A DNA stretch of 64,000 bases, taken from the NCBI GenBank assembly GCA_963847445.1, contig CAWJZV010000025.1:32001-96000 (forward strand). The letters run 5' to 3'. The notes under the pieces were generated by a model. The model saw only the letters and a list, made by a program, of their open reading frames with translations, made no database searches and was not told the origin of the DNA. Shown here piece by piece: positions 29,762 to 42,290 of the stretch. How positions within the stretch are numbered: the stretch's first letter is position 1; every line of letters starts with the position of its first letter. The position numbers and the translations under genes were made by a program. Source of the DNA: an uncultured delta proteobacterium. GTDB lineage: Bacteria; Desulfobacterota; Binatia; UBA9968.

Positions 29762-31234
29762 TCAAGTCCGGTTCGGTTTACCGATGAAGCCCGGGCCAAA
29801 GCCGGCTTCGTGCGCCGCCCAGGCGCCGGCGACGCGGCCGCTGAAGATCGATGGGCCGAGCATGGTGCCTTCGAGGCCGGCTTTGCCGTTGATGTGGCCG
29901 CCGGCCATGCCGGCGACCTCGCCGGCGGCGTAGAGTCCTGGGATCGGTTCGAAAAATTTATTCAGCGCGCGGCAGCGCAGATCGGTTTTGGCGCCGCCGA
30001 AATTTTTCCGCGCCAGCGGGCAAATCTGAATCGCGTAGTAGGGCGGCGTGTCGAACTTCTTCGAACCCTTGAGCGACTTGCCGAATCTGGATTCATTTTC
30101 CAATTTCCCATCGAAGCATTGATTGTAGGCTTCGACCTCGCCAAGAAAATTCTTCACGTCGTCGAAGCGGCACTGCTTGCCCAGCTCTTCGAGACTATCG
30201 GCCTTCTTGATGAACGGCGAATTGTTGAGCAGCTCTTCCACCTTCGCTCGGTCGATGACATCGCCGCGGCGATAGTACGGGTCGGCGACGTCGATCTTCG
30301 CCAGCATCGGCGTGTCGGCGATGGCCCAGGCGTGGGGCGGCGTTTGCGCGAGCAGCGCGGGCGTCGCCGAGGCGCCGCCGGTGCGCGACTCGTTGTGAAA
30401 GCGCCGGCCCTGCTGGTTGAACCAGATGTAGCCGGGCACCATGCGGAAAACCAAGCCGCGGCGCTGCTGCGGGTCGCGGTAATCCGGCGTGGCGTAGACG
30501 TAGAACCAGATGCAGTCCATATGCGTGAAGTAGCCGCCGAGCTCGCCGATCATCTTGTGGCCTTCACCCTTGGCGCCGAAGCCGGAGCCTTCCATGACGC
30601 GGAAGTTTTTGAACTCGGGGCGATGTTCCAGGACCATTTCGAGATTGGAATTGAAACCGCCAGTGGCAACGACCACGGTTTTGCTGTGGATGTCGATGGC
30701 TTCACTACCTTTCGCAGCGGTGAGACCGGCGACGCGGCCATCTTTCGTGATCAGTTTGCCGGCTTTGGTCGACGTCATGATCGTGATGTTGGGAATCGAT
30801 GCGGCGGTTTCGATCAGCGCGGTCATGAGACCCAAGCCGTTGTTGTCCGGACGGTGCCAGCGCAAGACGCGGTTGCCTTCCTGGAATTTCATGTCGACCC
30901 ATTTGACGCCGCAGCTCTCGGCCCAGTGATAGAGATCGTGCAAGCTATGCTCGAGATAGTAGCGCGCCCAGATTTCGTCAGCCTGGCCGCCGCCCCACTT
31001 GACCCAATCCTCGAACGCCATGTCCGGCGTATCGTCGATGCCTTGGGATTTTTGCAGCGGCGTGCCGACGATGCAGCAGCCGCCGCCGGAGATCGCCGCC
31101 GTGCCGCCGCATTCCGCCGCTCCTTCCAGAACCAGCGCTTTGCCGCCGGCGCGGGCGACTTCGATGGCTGCCGGTATACCCGCGCCGCCGCCGCCGATGA
31201 TCGCCACATCCGTTTCGATAATCGAATTAGCCAT
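29762..31234 (-). CDS. FAD-dependent oxidoreductase (fumarate reductase/KstD flavoprotein family)
   Basis: IIGGGGAG, GGTAAISGG, VVVATGGF, IPGLYAAGEVAG. Confidence 0.85.
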   Translation of the reverse strand: MANSIIETDVAIIGGGGAGIPAAIEVARAGGKALVLEGAAECGGTAAISGGGCCIVGTPLQKSQGIDDTPDMAFEDWVKWGGGQADEIWARYYLEHSLHDLYHWAESCGVKWVDMKFQEGNRVLRWHRPDNNGLGLMTALIETAASIPNITIMTSTKAGKLITKDGRVAGLTAAKGSEAIDIHSKTVVVATGGFNSNLEMVLEHRPEFKNFRVMEGSGFGAKGEGHKMIGELGGYFTHMDCIWFYVYATPDYRDPQQRRGLVFRMVPGYIWFNQQGRRFHNESRTGGASATPALLAQTPPHAWAIADTPMLAKIDVADPYYRRGDVIDRAKVEELLNNSPFIKKADSLEELGKQCRFDDVKNFLGEVEAYNQCFDGKLENESRFGKSLKGSKKFDTPPYYAIQICPLARKNFGGAKTDLRCRALNKFFEPIPGLYAAGEVAGMAGGHINGKAGLEGTMLGPSIFSGRVAGAWAAHEAGFGPGFIGKPNRT

Positions 31235-31543
31235 GAAAAACTCCCTGTAGAACGAAATCGATGGTTGACGGTTTACCACCGTTGTCTGGACGGGGTCAAA
31301 TTAGGATACGGAGGAAAAGCCGCAGAGGACGCGAATGAGCGCAAAAAAGATTCTGGACTGCCGGGGTAAGTTTAAGACCCGCCCTCTGGGCCATTGCTAA
31401 CCGGCGTTTGGCTGTGACGCTGTCACGCCAGTTTGACACGCATGGCTCGACTATGGACCCAGGCTGGCAGTCTAGTTTCTCCCTAGAGCAAAGGATGTAC
31501 CGAGCTTTACCTCAATTTACCACTGCTTGCCAATTTGAATGGC

Positions 31544-31559
31544 TGGCATACGCATTGCG
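31544..31559 (+). promoter_or_regulatory. Sigma54 promoter
   Basis: TGGCATA-CGCA-TTGC about 45 bp before the ATG at 31602; palindrome GTGAC-GCT-GTCAC near 31415. Confidence 0.6.
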
Positions 31560-31601
31560 CCGTTGCAAGGCTGTCCAACCAAAAAGGAGGAACAGACTTA
31601 T

Positions 31602-32350
31602 ATGGATTTAAGACCCAAACAAAAATTCTTTAGCGCAGCCATCGGGTTGATGATGCTGTCGCTAACAACTTCGGCTGCGATGGCGGCGCAGGTGACCGGA
31701 GCGATCTTTACCACGCTGGTCGACGGCAGTTCGGTGAACCACAATATTTATAACGCCAAGCAGGATGTTTACTCTGAACGGCGGACCGAATTCTGCCAAC
31801 GCTCCATGTACGGCGGCGGGACTGCCGAATGGGGATTATTACTTTCAAGTGACCGATCCATCCGGGAAAGATGCTTCTGTTCAGACGGCCGACTCGAGCA
31901 GCGAAGGCGTGATGGTGCAGGGCGGTGTATCATCGACACTCACCAGTTGTCTCGGCACATGATCCATGGAGATTGGCAATGCGTCGGCAAATGCGCAGTA
32001 CGTCACGCGTGCAGCTGATGCCGTTTAACGACACGCCCAATCCCGGCGGCGAATACAAAGTCTGGATGCAGCGGCCAAGGGTATCGACTCTTGACCAGTT
32101 GCAACGTATCGATCCATGACTCGATGACGGCGATGATCGACCGATGTCGATAAGTAACGATTCTATCCGATGCTTAGAATCCGGATACTGTCGGAACGAC
32201 GGACTGCCACACGACTTGAAGTCGATCGTTGACGGCTATGACGGCGACGATCCAATTCCGACGGACACCGACGACGATCCGATGCCGCGGACCAGTCGCT
32301 GACGCATATCGATGCGACCGATCCGTTGTAGATCGACTCCCGACTCATAA
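31602..32350 (+). pseudogene. Secreted protein, frameshifted and garbled, with Asp-rich repeat tail
   Basis: AGGAGG RBS, signal peptide; GAIFTT..DGSSVN.NIY..KQDVY, LNGGP...AGLP.GDYYFQVTDPSG and VQLMPFNDTPNPGGEYKVW lie in different frames. Confidence 0.6.
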
Positions 32351-32368
32351 ACAAAAGCGCAACGCGCC

Positions 32369-32406
32369 AAAAAGGGGAACAGCTGAAAGCTGTTCCCCTT
32401 TTTTTT
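32369..32406. terminator. Intrinsic terminator, potentially bidirectional
   Basis: A5-GGGGAACAGCT-GAA-AGCTGTTCCCC-T8 perfect hairpin. Confidence 0.9.
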
Positions 32407-32565
32407 ATCTGGAAGTGGGCGAATCGATTCAGCGGCCATTTCACGAACTCGCCAGGTCCGCGATCATATTCTGGCCGGGTCTCTTGTCAACGGATGCACC
32501 TTTATACTAAGTGAGTTCTCAGCAAACTGCTATCGAGACAGCTTTTAACCGTAGGAGGCGTGCCA

Positions 32566-32829
32566 ATGACGCGCAAATGCTTGGTTCGATTCGTAAGCTT
32601 TGTTTTAACCGCATGGTTACTTACAGCCCGTTCGGCTGCCGCGATCGATAATATCCGCGTCGCGCATCCCTCGCTTTCGGCATCGGTGGTCTGTCTGATC
32701 ATCGCCAACAAAGAAGGCTACTACAAGGAAGAAGGGATCAACGTCGAGTTTCTCAGCATCCGCGGCGAGAATGTGAAGCTCGCGCGCAAGGCCAATGAGG
32801 AGTTAAAGGCGAGCGGTTGGAAGCCGTAG
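32566..32829 (+). pseudogene. Internally deleted NMT1/SsuA-type substrate-binding protein
   Basis: RBS, signal peptide, IRVAHPS...KEGYYKEEGINVEF, joined directly to a C-terminal-like ARKANEELKASGWKP. Confidence 0.65.
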
Positions 32830-32960
32830 TTGCCTGCCGCAAGGCGTGTACTGAGCGAATGCAAAGGAACCGCAGTCGCGCAAAGGCCGCAAAAGAAAGT
32901 AGTTAGTTTGTACGGGCGTATGGCATACGCCCTCTCTATCGCGCAGCGCGGATGATCTCA

Positions 32961-33035
32961 TTCACCACGAAGGACACGAAGGGTTCGGAAGATGATAACT
33001 CCGACCTTCGTGCTCTTCGTTTCCTTCGTGGTGAA
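32961..33035. repeat. Palindrome with CACGAAG / CTTCGTG 9-nt micro-repeat arms
   Basis: ttcaccacgaaggacacgaagggttcgga pairs with tccgaccttcgtgctcttcgtttccttcgtggtgaa. Confidence 0.8.
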
Positions 33036-33060
33036 AATATTCCTTCACTGATAGCTCAAA

Positions 33061-34185
33061 TTACCCGATCCCATACAGCTTCGCCGGATTCTTCTCCAAA
33101 ATACTTTCCTTCGCCGATTCGCTGATGTCGCTGCGCTTCTGCAAGATCGCGGCGGCGCAGCGGTCGCGGTCGCCGTGGGGCATGTCGCTGCCGAAGATGA
33201 CTTGGCCTTCGCCGACGAGATTCAATACGTTCGGCAGGATTTCGTCTTCGACTTCGGTGCTGAAATAGATGTTGCCTTGTTTGATGTATTCCATCACCGG
33301 CAGTTTTTGGATCGGCGCGGTTTGCGGCAGGAATTTTCTTAGCGTCGAACCTTGGTTTTTGAAGCGGTGATGGATTCGCTCGATGATGAACGGCACCCAT
33401 TGGCAGCCGGCTTCGAGAAAAACTACTTTCATCTGCGGAAATCGATCGAGCACGCCGCCGCTGACCAGCGCCGTGAAGGCCATCAGTAGCGGCACGTGAA
33501 AGGCGATGACGCCGGACGGGTAGATATGCGAGTAGAGATTATTTATTGACGGGCAAGACCAGCCGACATGGACGCCTAAGGCGAGATTTTCTTCGCAGAG
33601 CGCGGCGTAAAACGGATCGAGGCGCGGGTGGTCGAGCATGTCGTCGCCGGCGGTGCCGAGCACCATGACCGAGACGGCACCGAGCTTTTTTGCTTCACGA
33701 ACTTGTGCGACCGCCCCGGGGATGTCGTCGAGATTGACCACCGCCGACCACTTGATGCGCGCTTGACCGGCCAAGCGTTGGCCCATCCAGCGATTATAAG
33801 CAGAGGTGAGCGCGGTAGCCAGCGGCACATTCTTCGTCAGCGGGTAGGCGAGGAACAGCGTTGTGTAGATGACCTGCACGGCGATGTCTTCGTCATCCAT
33901 TAGCTTCAAGCGCGCCGCGATGTCGTCCAGCTCCATGCTGGCGATACTTTCCTGCTTACCCATGGTGTGGGCGGCGACCTGGCCGTTGACGTTGGTCGGC
34001 GTGCCGAGATTGTGACAGCCCGGGCCGACGCGGCGCGGATAGAGCTGCTCTTCGATCACCCAGTAGGCCAGACCGTCGACGCCGGTGACGCGCGGGCGCA
34101 GCGCGCGAAATGCCGGGTCCAAATATTTATCGCTAAACGTATCTAAATTTTCTTCGACATGGCCGTCGGCATCGATGACTCGCAT
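33061..34185 (-). CDS. Amidohydrolase (Amidohydro_2)
   Basis: VIDADGH, GVHVG, FLEAGCQW, GSDMPH. Confidence 0.85.
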   Translation of the reverse strand: MRVIDADGHVEENLDTFSDKYLDPAFRALRPRVTGVDGLAYWVIEEQLYPRRVGPGCHNLGTPTNVNGQVAAHTMGKQESIASMELDDIAARLKLMDDEDIAVQVIYTTLFLAYPLTKNVPLATALTSAYNRWMGQRLAGQARIKWSAVVNLDDIPGAVAQVREAKKLGAVSVMVLGTAGDDMLDHPRLDPFYAALCEENLALGVHVGWSCPSINNLYSHIYPSGVIAFHVPLLMAFTALVSGGVLDRFPQMKVVFLEAGCQWVPFIIERIHHRFKNQGSTLRKFLPQTAPIQKLPVMEYIKQGNIYFSTEVEDEILPNVLNLVGEGQVIFGSDMPHGDRDRCAAAILQKRSDISESAKESILEKNPAKLYGIG

Positions 34186-34408
34186 GGGCAATCCCTCCTA
34201 ATCGAGTTGAGCTGTATTACTTGGCCGTGCGAGTTGTCAAGAAGGTCTGTGCGTGGAATACAATCAACACGCGCTGCCGTGCCACATGGCCCGGGTAAAT
34301 TCATCGGGTAAATTCTTCATTACAAAACTGTTCGGTTTTGCTACAATCATGTCGTTCTGAACCTTTGTAGCTGCCCGCGTTGAGCGCAAGAGTTTTCGGT
34401 CGATCCAT

Positions 34409-35881
34409 ATGGCGGACATTTTTATCAGTTACGCAAACGAAGACCGCGAGACTGCGGGGCATCTTGCCCGAGCTCTCGAATCGGCCGGCTTGAGCGTGTG
34501 GTGGGACCGCCGCATCCCGGCAGGCCGCACTTGGCGCGCCGTCCTCGAAGAGGCGCTGCAGGGCATGCGCTGCTTGATCGTGCTGTGGTCGGAAAACTCG
34601 TTAAAAAGTCCATGGGTCCTGGAAGAAGCCGAAGAGGCACGCCGGTTGGAAAAACTGCTCTTTCCAGTGCTTATTAAAACTGTCGCGCCGCCAGTGGGGT
34701 TTCGCGCGATCCAAGCGGCTAACTTGATAGACTGGGACGGTTCCGCCGATGCGCCGGCAGTACCGTTGTTGATCGCTGACCTAAAAGCATTGCTGGGCGA
34801 TGCCAAGCGGCCGATGAGTAAGCCCAAAGTTGCTGATGACATTTCGCGTCCACCGGCAAGCGAAGAGATCCCATGGCAATTCCCCTTGCGCCGGCTGTTC
34901 GCGGGCCACTGGAAGAAATTGGTTGGCGGTGGAGCGGCGCTTGCCGGAGTTCTCGTGGCACTACAAATTTCAATGCCTGGTCGAATCGCCCGTGAAACTC
35001 AATCGGTGGCGCCGGTGCACGAACCGGCTCCGTCTCAACCGCCGGCGCGTCGACTGACTGCGATCATCATCGATGGAACGCGCCGACAGTTGAAGCCCGC
35101 CGACAGCTTGGCGCTCACACTGCAAGGACAGTATTCCGATGGGACAAAGAGTGATGTCGCGGGTCCAGTCGATTGGACAAGCAGCGATGCTAGCGTTGCG
35201 GTTGTCGATACGCAAGGAAAGGTGAAGGCGTTACAGCCGGGCATGGCCGAGATATCGGCGCGTCAGGGAGAGCTTGTCAGTGCGTCATGGACCGTGACTG
35301 TGAAATCGGACGAAAAAATCGTCAGAGAGATCCCAGCCGTCAGAATGGTGAAACTTGAAATCATGCCTGCGCGCAAGGAACTGCTCGCGAACGATAAAGT
35401 CGCGCTGCGTGTGCATGGCCGCTATTCCGACCAAAGTGAAAAGCCGATTACCCGTGACTTGCGGTGGCAAATCAGCGATCCGACGATCGCCGCCATCACG
35501 CCCGAAGGTCAACTCAGTGGCTTGCGACCGGGCCGAGTCGATGTCGCGGTGCGCGCCGGCGACGTGACCAGCGCTCCGGTCACCCTTGTCGTGAAGGAGT
35601 TGCCGAAAAAAGCGCAGGTCGAAATACCTTTGCGGAAAACACCCATTGAAACAAAAGCCGCAGTAGCGCCCGCGCCTGTGGAGGCGGTCAAGGCAAGGCT
35701 CGGACCTTACATCGCGCGCGCCAAAAGCTTACGCGAGCAGGGACAATATGCAGCGGCGTTGGCGGAATTACAGAAAGCGGCCGCGGTCGATCCGAGTAAC
35801 GCTGAGCTGGTTAACGAAATCGAAAAAACCAAAAGAGCCTGTGCCGCAGAGAGAAGTCTAGGCCAGCGAATCGACTGCTGA
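34409..35881 (+). CDS. TIR domain-TM-2x bacterial Ig-like (Big_2)-TPR protein
   Basis: DIFISYA..D, WWD..I..G, VLWS..S..SPWV.EE; hydrophobic LVGGGAALAGVLVAL; WTSSDASVAVVD..G.V.A..PG and W.ISDPTIA.I...G...G..PG; C-terminal GQYAAALAEL..A..VDP.N. Confidence 0.8.
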   Translation: MADIFISYANEDRETAGHLARALESAGLSVWWDRRIPAGRTWRAVLEEALQGMRCLIVLWSENSLKSPWVLEEAEEARRLEKLLFPVLIKTVAPPVGFRAIQAANLIDWDGSADAPAVPLLIADLKALLGDAKRPMSKPKVADDISRPPASEEIPWQFPLRRLFAGHWKKLVGGGAALAGVLVALQISMPGRIARETQSVAPVHEPAPSQPPARRLTAIIIDGTRRQLKPADSLALTLQGQYSDGTKSDVAGPVDWTSSDASVAVVDTQGKVKALQPGMAEISARQGELVSASWTVTVKSDEKIVREIPAVRMVKLEIMPARKELLANDKVALRVHGRYSDQSEKPITRDLRWQISDPTIAAITPEGQLSGLRPGRVDVAVRAGDVTSAPVTLVVKELPKKAQVEIPLRKTPIETKAAVAPAPVEAVKARLGPYIARAKSLREQGQYAAALAELQKAAAVDPSNAELVNEIEKTKRACAAERSLGQRIDC

Positions 35882-35916
35882 AAGAGTAAACTATACCGGC
35901 CATTCGCACTCCGTTG

Positions 35917-36757
35917 TTAACGCCGCCGCCGTTGGAATTCGTCGGCTTCGTCACGCCGGGCGCGATCGCTTTCTTCTTCCAACTTGTAACCCACCGATTC
36001 GGCGCCGGTGATGACGGCCTCCCAATCGCGCGGACTCGCCGTGGCAGCGCGTAGTCCCCGGGCAATTTCCGCGCGAATCTCTCCCGACGGATCCCAAAAA
36101 CGTCCTTGAGCAGTGCTGGAGATAGTGTAGTTGAGCCAGTCGCGCAGGCCGGTTAAAGCACGTGGTAATCTCCTTGGCGCCCTCGTTGCGCTGATTGTCG
36201 CTCGGTTGATTTTGTTTAACGCGCTCGGCGCGAAGCTTGCGCAGATCATCCAACAAGATGGTGTCGGCGCCGGCGTTTTTTAGCTGGGTTTCAGTCTCTA
36301 CGTTGAGATCGAAGGCAACGCCGCGTTCGCGCGCCAGCGTACTCACTCGCCGGGGCGCTACCCCTTCGCGTAGCGCATAGGAAACTTCTTGCAGGGTAAA
36401 AACGTTGGCCGGAGGCGCCGACGACTGGACGCGGAGCATGGTCAGCCCGCGGTAAAGCCGCGCGACATAGTCGTCCTTAACATAAGTGAGAGCCTTGTCG
36501 AAGGCAACTTTGGCCTCGGCGTATCGTCCCGAGTTGTAGTGCGCGCGCCCGACATAGGTCCAGATACTTTTGCGCGGCGCCGGCGAATCGGCAACGTAAC
36601 CGGGATCGGCTTGCGCCACACGATCGAAATAAGCGACGGCATTATCCGGCTCGCCGCGCAAAAGCGCTTGCCGCCCGGATAAGAAGCCGGTGCCCGATCC
36701 AGCGCATGCGGCAATCGCTAAACAAGACGACGCTAATAATAACAATCGAAACTGCAT
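35917..36757 (-). CDS. TPR-repeat lipoprotein (one frameshift near 36160)
   Basis: LAIAAC lipobox, TPR-like YVGRAHYNSGRYAEAKVAFDKAL; C-terminus continues in the 35917 ORF. Confidence 0.7.
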
Positions 36758-36899
36758 GGTCAGTAATAAGATAAGCACGCTAGGACGAAAAGACAATAAG
36801 CCACGGGCGATCGAGCAGCGCCGGACCGCTTGCGCTATTTTGAATTTGCCGGCTTGTGGGCTTGAGATCCTTCTGCTAAGGACAAATGGCAATCACGTC

Positions 36900-38135
36900 A
36901 TGCGTTTCTCTCCGACACCCTGGTTAATCGCCGCGTTTGCTTTCGTCGTGCTCGGTTTTTCGCGCGGGTTGCATTCTTCTTTCGGTGTTTTCAACGTCGC
37001 TTTACTCGATGCCTTCGGTTGGAGCCGGGGGGCGACGGCGGGGATATTTTCCATCGTCCTTGCCGTCGACGCGCTGCTTTCTCCCGGAGCTGGGTATTTA
37101 CTCGACCGCTACGGCACCAGGAAAATTGCCATTGCCGGCTGTCTCACTCTGGGAGTTGGGCTTTTTCTCAGCAGCCAGGTGTCGGCGCTGTGGCAACTCT
37201 ATATCTGCTTCGGGCTCGTGCTCGCCACCGGCTTCACCTTGACCGGCATGGTGCCGCATATTTTTTTGATCTCGGAATGGTTTTCGGCCAATCGCGCTTC
37301 GGCCATCGGCGTGGTCTACGCCGGCAGCGGCGTCGGCATCATGTTGTTGGCGCCGCTCAGCGAATGGCTGCTTTCCGGCTATGGCTGGGAGCGCACTTTC
37401 GAAATCTACGCGGCGATGGTGTTGGTCTTGCTACTGCCTATCGTGTTGGTTTCCTATCAACCGGGGCCGCACGGGCATAGCGGCGGTCATCATGCACTGA
37501 AGAAAGACGAGCAGAAGCAGTGGACCGCTAAGCTGGCGTTGCAGAGTTTGCAGTTCTGGCTGTTGTTTATCGCCCGCATCGGCGCGGCCTGCGGCACGAC
37601 CGTCATCGTCACCCATCAAGTCGCCCATGTCGTCGATGTCGGCTTTAGCAAATTATTGGCGGCGTCGATTTTTGGTTTCGCCGGCATCACCAGCAGTTTC
37701 GGCCGGGTGATTTTCGGCTTTATCGCCGACCGCTTGACCAAACAGGCGGCCTATACGCTGAATATTGCCATGACCGTCGTCGGCGTCGGCGCTTTGATGT
37801 TGCTGCGCGATCCGAGTCAGGCCTGGCTGCTTTACGTCTACGTGATTTTTTTCGGCATTGGCTTCGGCTCGCGGGCGGTGATTTTTTCCTCGCTCACCGC
37901 CGATATCTTTTCCGGCAAAGGCTTCGGTTCGATCCTCGGTTATTCCACGGTCGCCGTCGGCGTCGGCGGCGCGTTGGGCTCTTTCTTCGGCGGCGTGTTC
38001 CATGACTGGACCGGCAGCTATACCATGTCGTTTACGCTTTCCACCTTGCTGCTGGCGATCTCCGATGTCTGCATCTGGCTCGCCGCGGTTCCGGCGGTGG
38101 CGCTGTACGACCAGCGGCTGTGGGCGCGGCGTTGA
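36900..38135 (+). CDS. MFS transporter
   Basis: FGWSRG, GYLLDRYG, GFIADR, about 12 TM segments. Confidence 0.85.
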   Translation: MRFSPTPWLIAAFAFVVLGFSRGLHSSFGVFNVALLDAFGWSRGATAGIFSIVLAVDALLSPGAGYLLDRYGTRKIAIAGCLTLGVGLFLSSQVSALWQLYICFGLVLATGFTLTGMVPHIFLISEWFSANRASAIGVVYAGSGVGIMLLAPLSEWLLSGYGWERTFEIYAAMVLVLLLPIVLVSYQPGPHGHSGGHHALKKDEQKQWTAKLALQSLQFWLLFIARIGAACGTTVIVTHQVAHVVDVGFSKLLAASIFGFAGITSSFGRVIFGFIADRLTKQAAYTLNIAMTVVGVGALMLLRDPSQAWLLYVYVIFFGIGFGSRAVIFSSLTADIFSGKGFGSILGYSTVAVGVGGALGSFFGGVFHDWTGSYTMSFTLSTLLLAISDVCIWLAAVPAVALYDQRLWARR

Positions 38136-38182
38136 ACGCATTCAAGCCGTTCAAATAGTTCAAAACATTCAAGCGGTTAAAC
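38131..38182. repeat. TTCAA micro-repeat tract (single arm)
   Basis: ttcaagccgttcaaatagttcaaaacattcaagcggttaaac, 9-nt period. Confidence 0.6.
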
Positions 38183-38259
38183 TCATTGGTTCACCATCGC
38201 TCCGAGCAACTCGCCTTGAGCCGCTGCGGAGAAGTTGCTAGCGTAGATTTTTCACACTT

Positions 38260-38628
38260 ATGGATGCTCGGCTGCGCGACGGTATACGTCTATTTAACGA
38301 CCGGAAGTTCTTCGCTTGCCACGAGATCCTGGAAGAGTTTTACCGCGACAGCGAGGCGGAGAACAAAGCGTTTCTCGAAGGTTTGATTCAGCTGGCGGCG
38401 GCGTTTCGTATGTTTGTCGACTTCGCCGAAGTGAAGGGGGCGGTGCGGGGGATTTATCAGGCGCTGATTCGCTTTGAGAACTATCAGCCGGTGTTTCTCC
38501 AAGTGCGGGTGAAGGAGCTTTGCGCGGAAGCCGAGGCTTGGGCCAAAGCGGCCGAGCCGCCAGGCGCCACGCCGTCGGCATTGAACATTCCGAAAATCCA
38601 GCTCCAACGTTTCAGCCTCTTTTCATGA
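38260..38628 (+). CDS. DUF309 family protein
   Basis: GIRLFN..KFFACHEILE, GLIQLAAA. Confidence 0.85.
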   Translation: MDARLRDGIRLFNDRKFFACHEILEEFYRDSEAENKAFLEGLIQLAAAFRMFVDFAEVKGAVRGIYQALIRFENYQPVFLQVRVKELCAEAEAWAKAAEPPGATPSALNIPKIQLQRFSLFS

Positions 38629-38635
38629 CCGACCT

Positions 38636-42190
<3,555 letters not shown>

Positions 42191-42206
<16 letters not shown>

Positions 42207-42263
42207 TGGAGTGATGGAGTGTCGGGGGCCTCGGCCCATTTCTCCAATACTCCAGTACTCCAA
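42191..42263. repeat. Palindrome with TGGAGT / ACTCCA 8-nt micro-repeat arms, overlapping the mfd stop
   Basis: tggagtgttggagtagtggagtgatggagt followed by ctccaatactccagtactccaa. Confidence 0.8.
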
Positions 42264-42290
42264 TCCGGTTCAAGTCGTGTTGCTTCAATC

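Noticed and set aside
29741-31369. 542-aa + strand ORF
   Set aside because: Antisense shadow of the FAD oxidoreductase, typical of high-GC DNA
32100-32350. Diversity-generating retroelement variable region
   Set aside because: No reverse transcriptase or template repeat in the window, and the changes are indels rather than adenine-specific substitutions
34292-34315. CGGGTAAATTC direct repeat upstream of the TIR gene
   Set aside because: Only two copies; an operator cannot be distinguished from a chance micro-duplication
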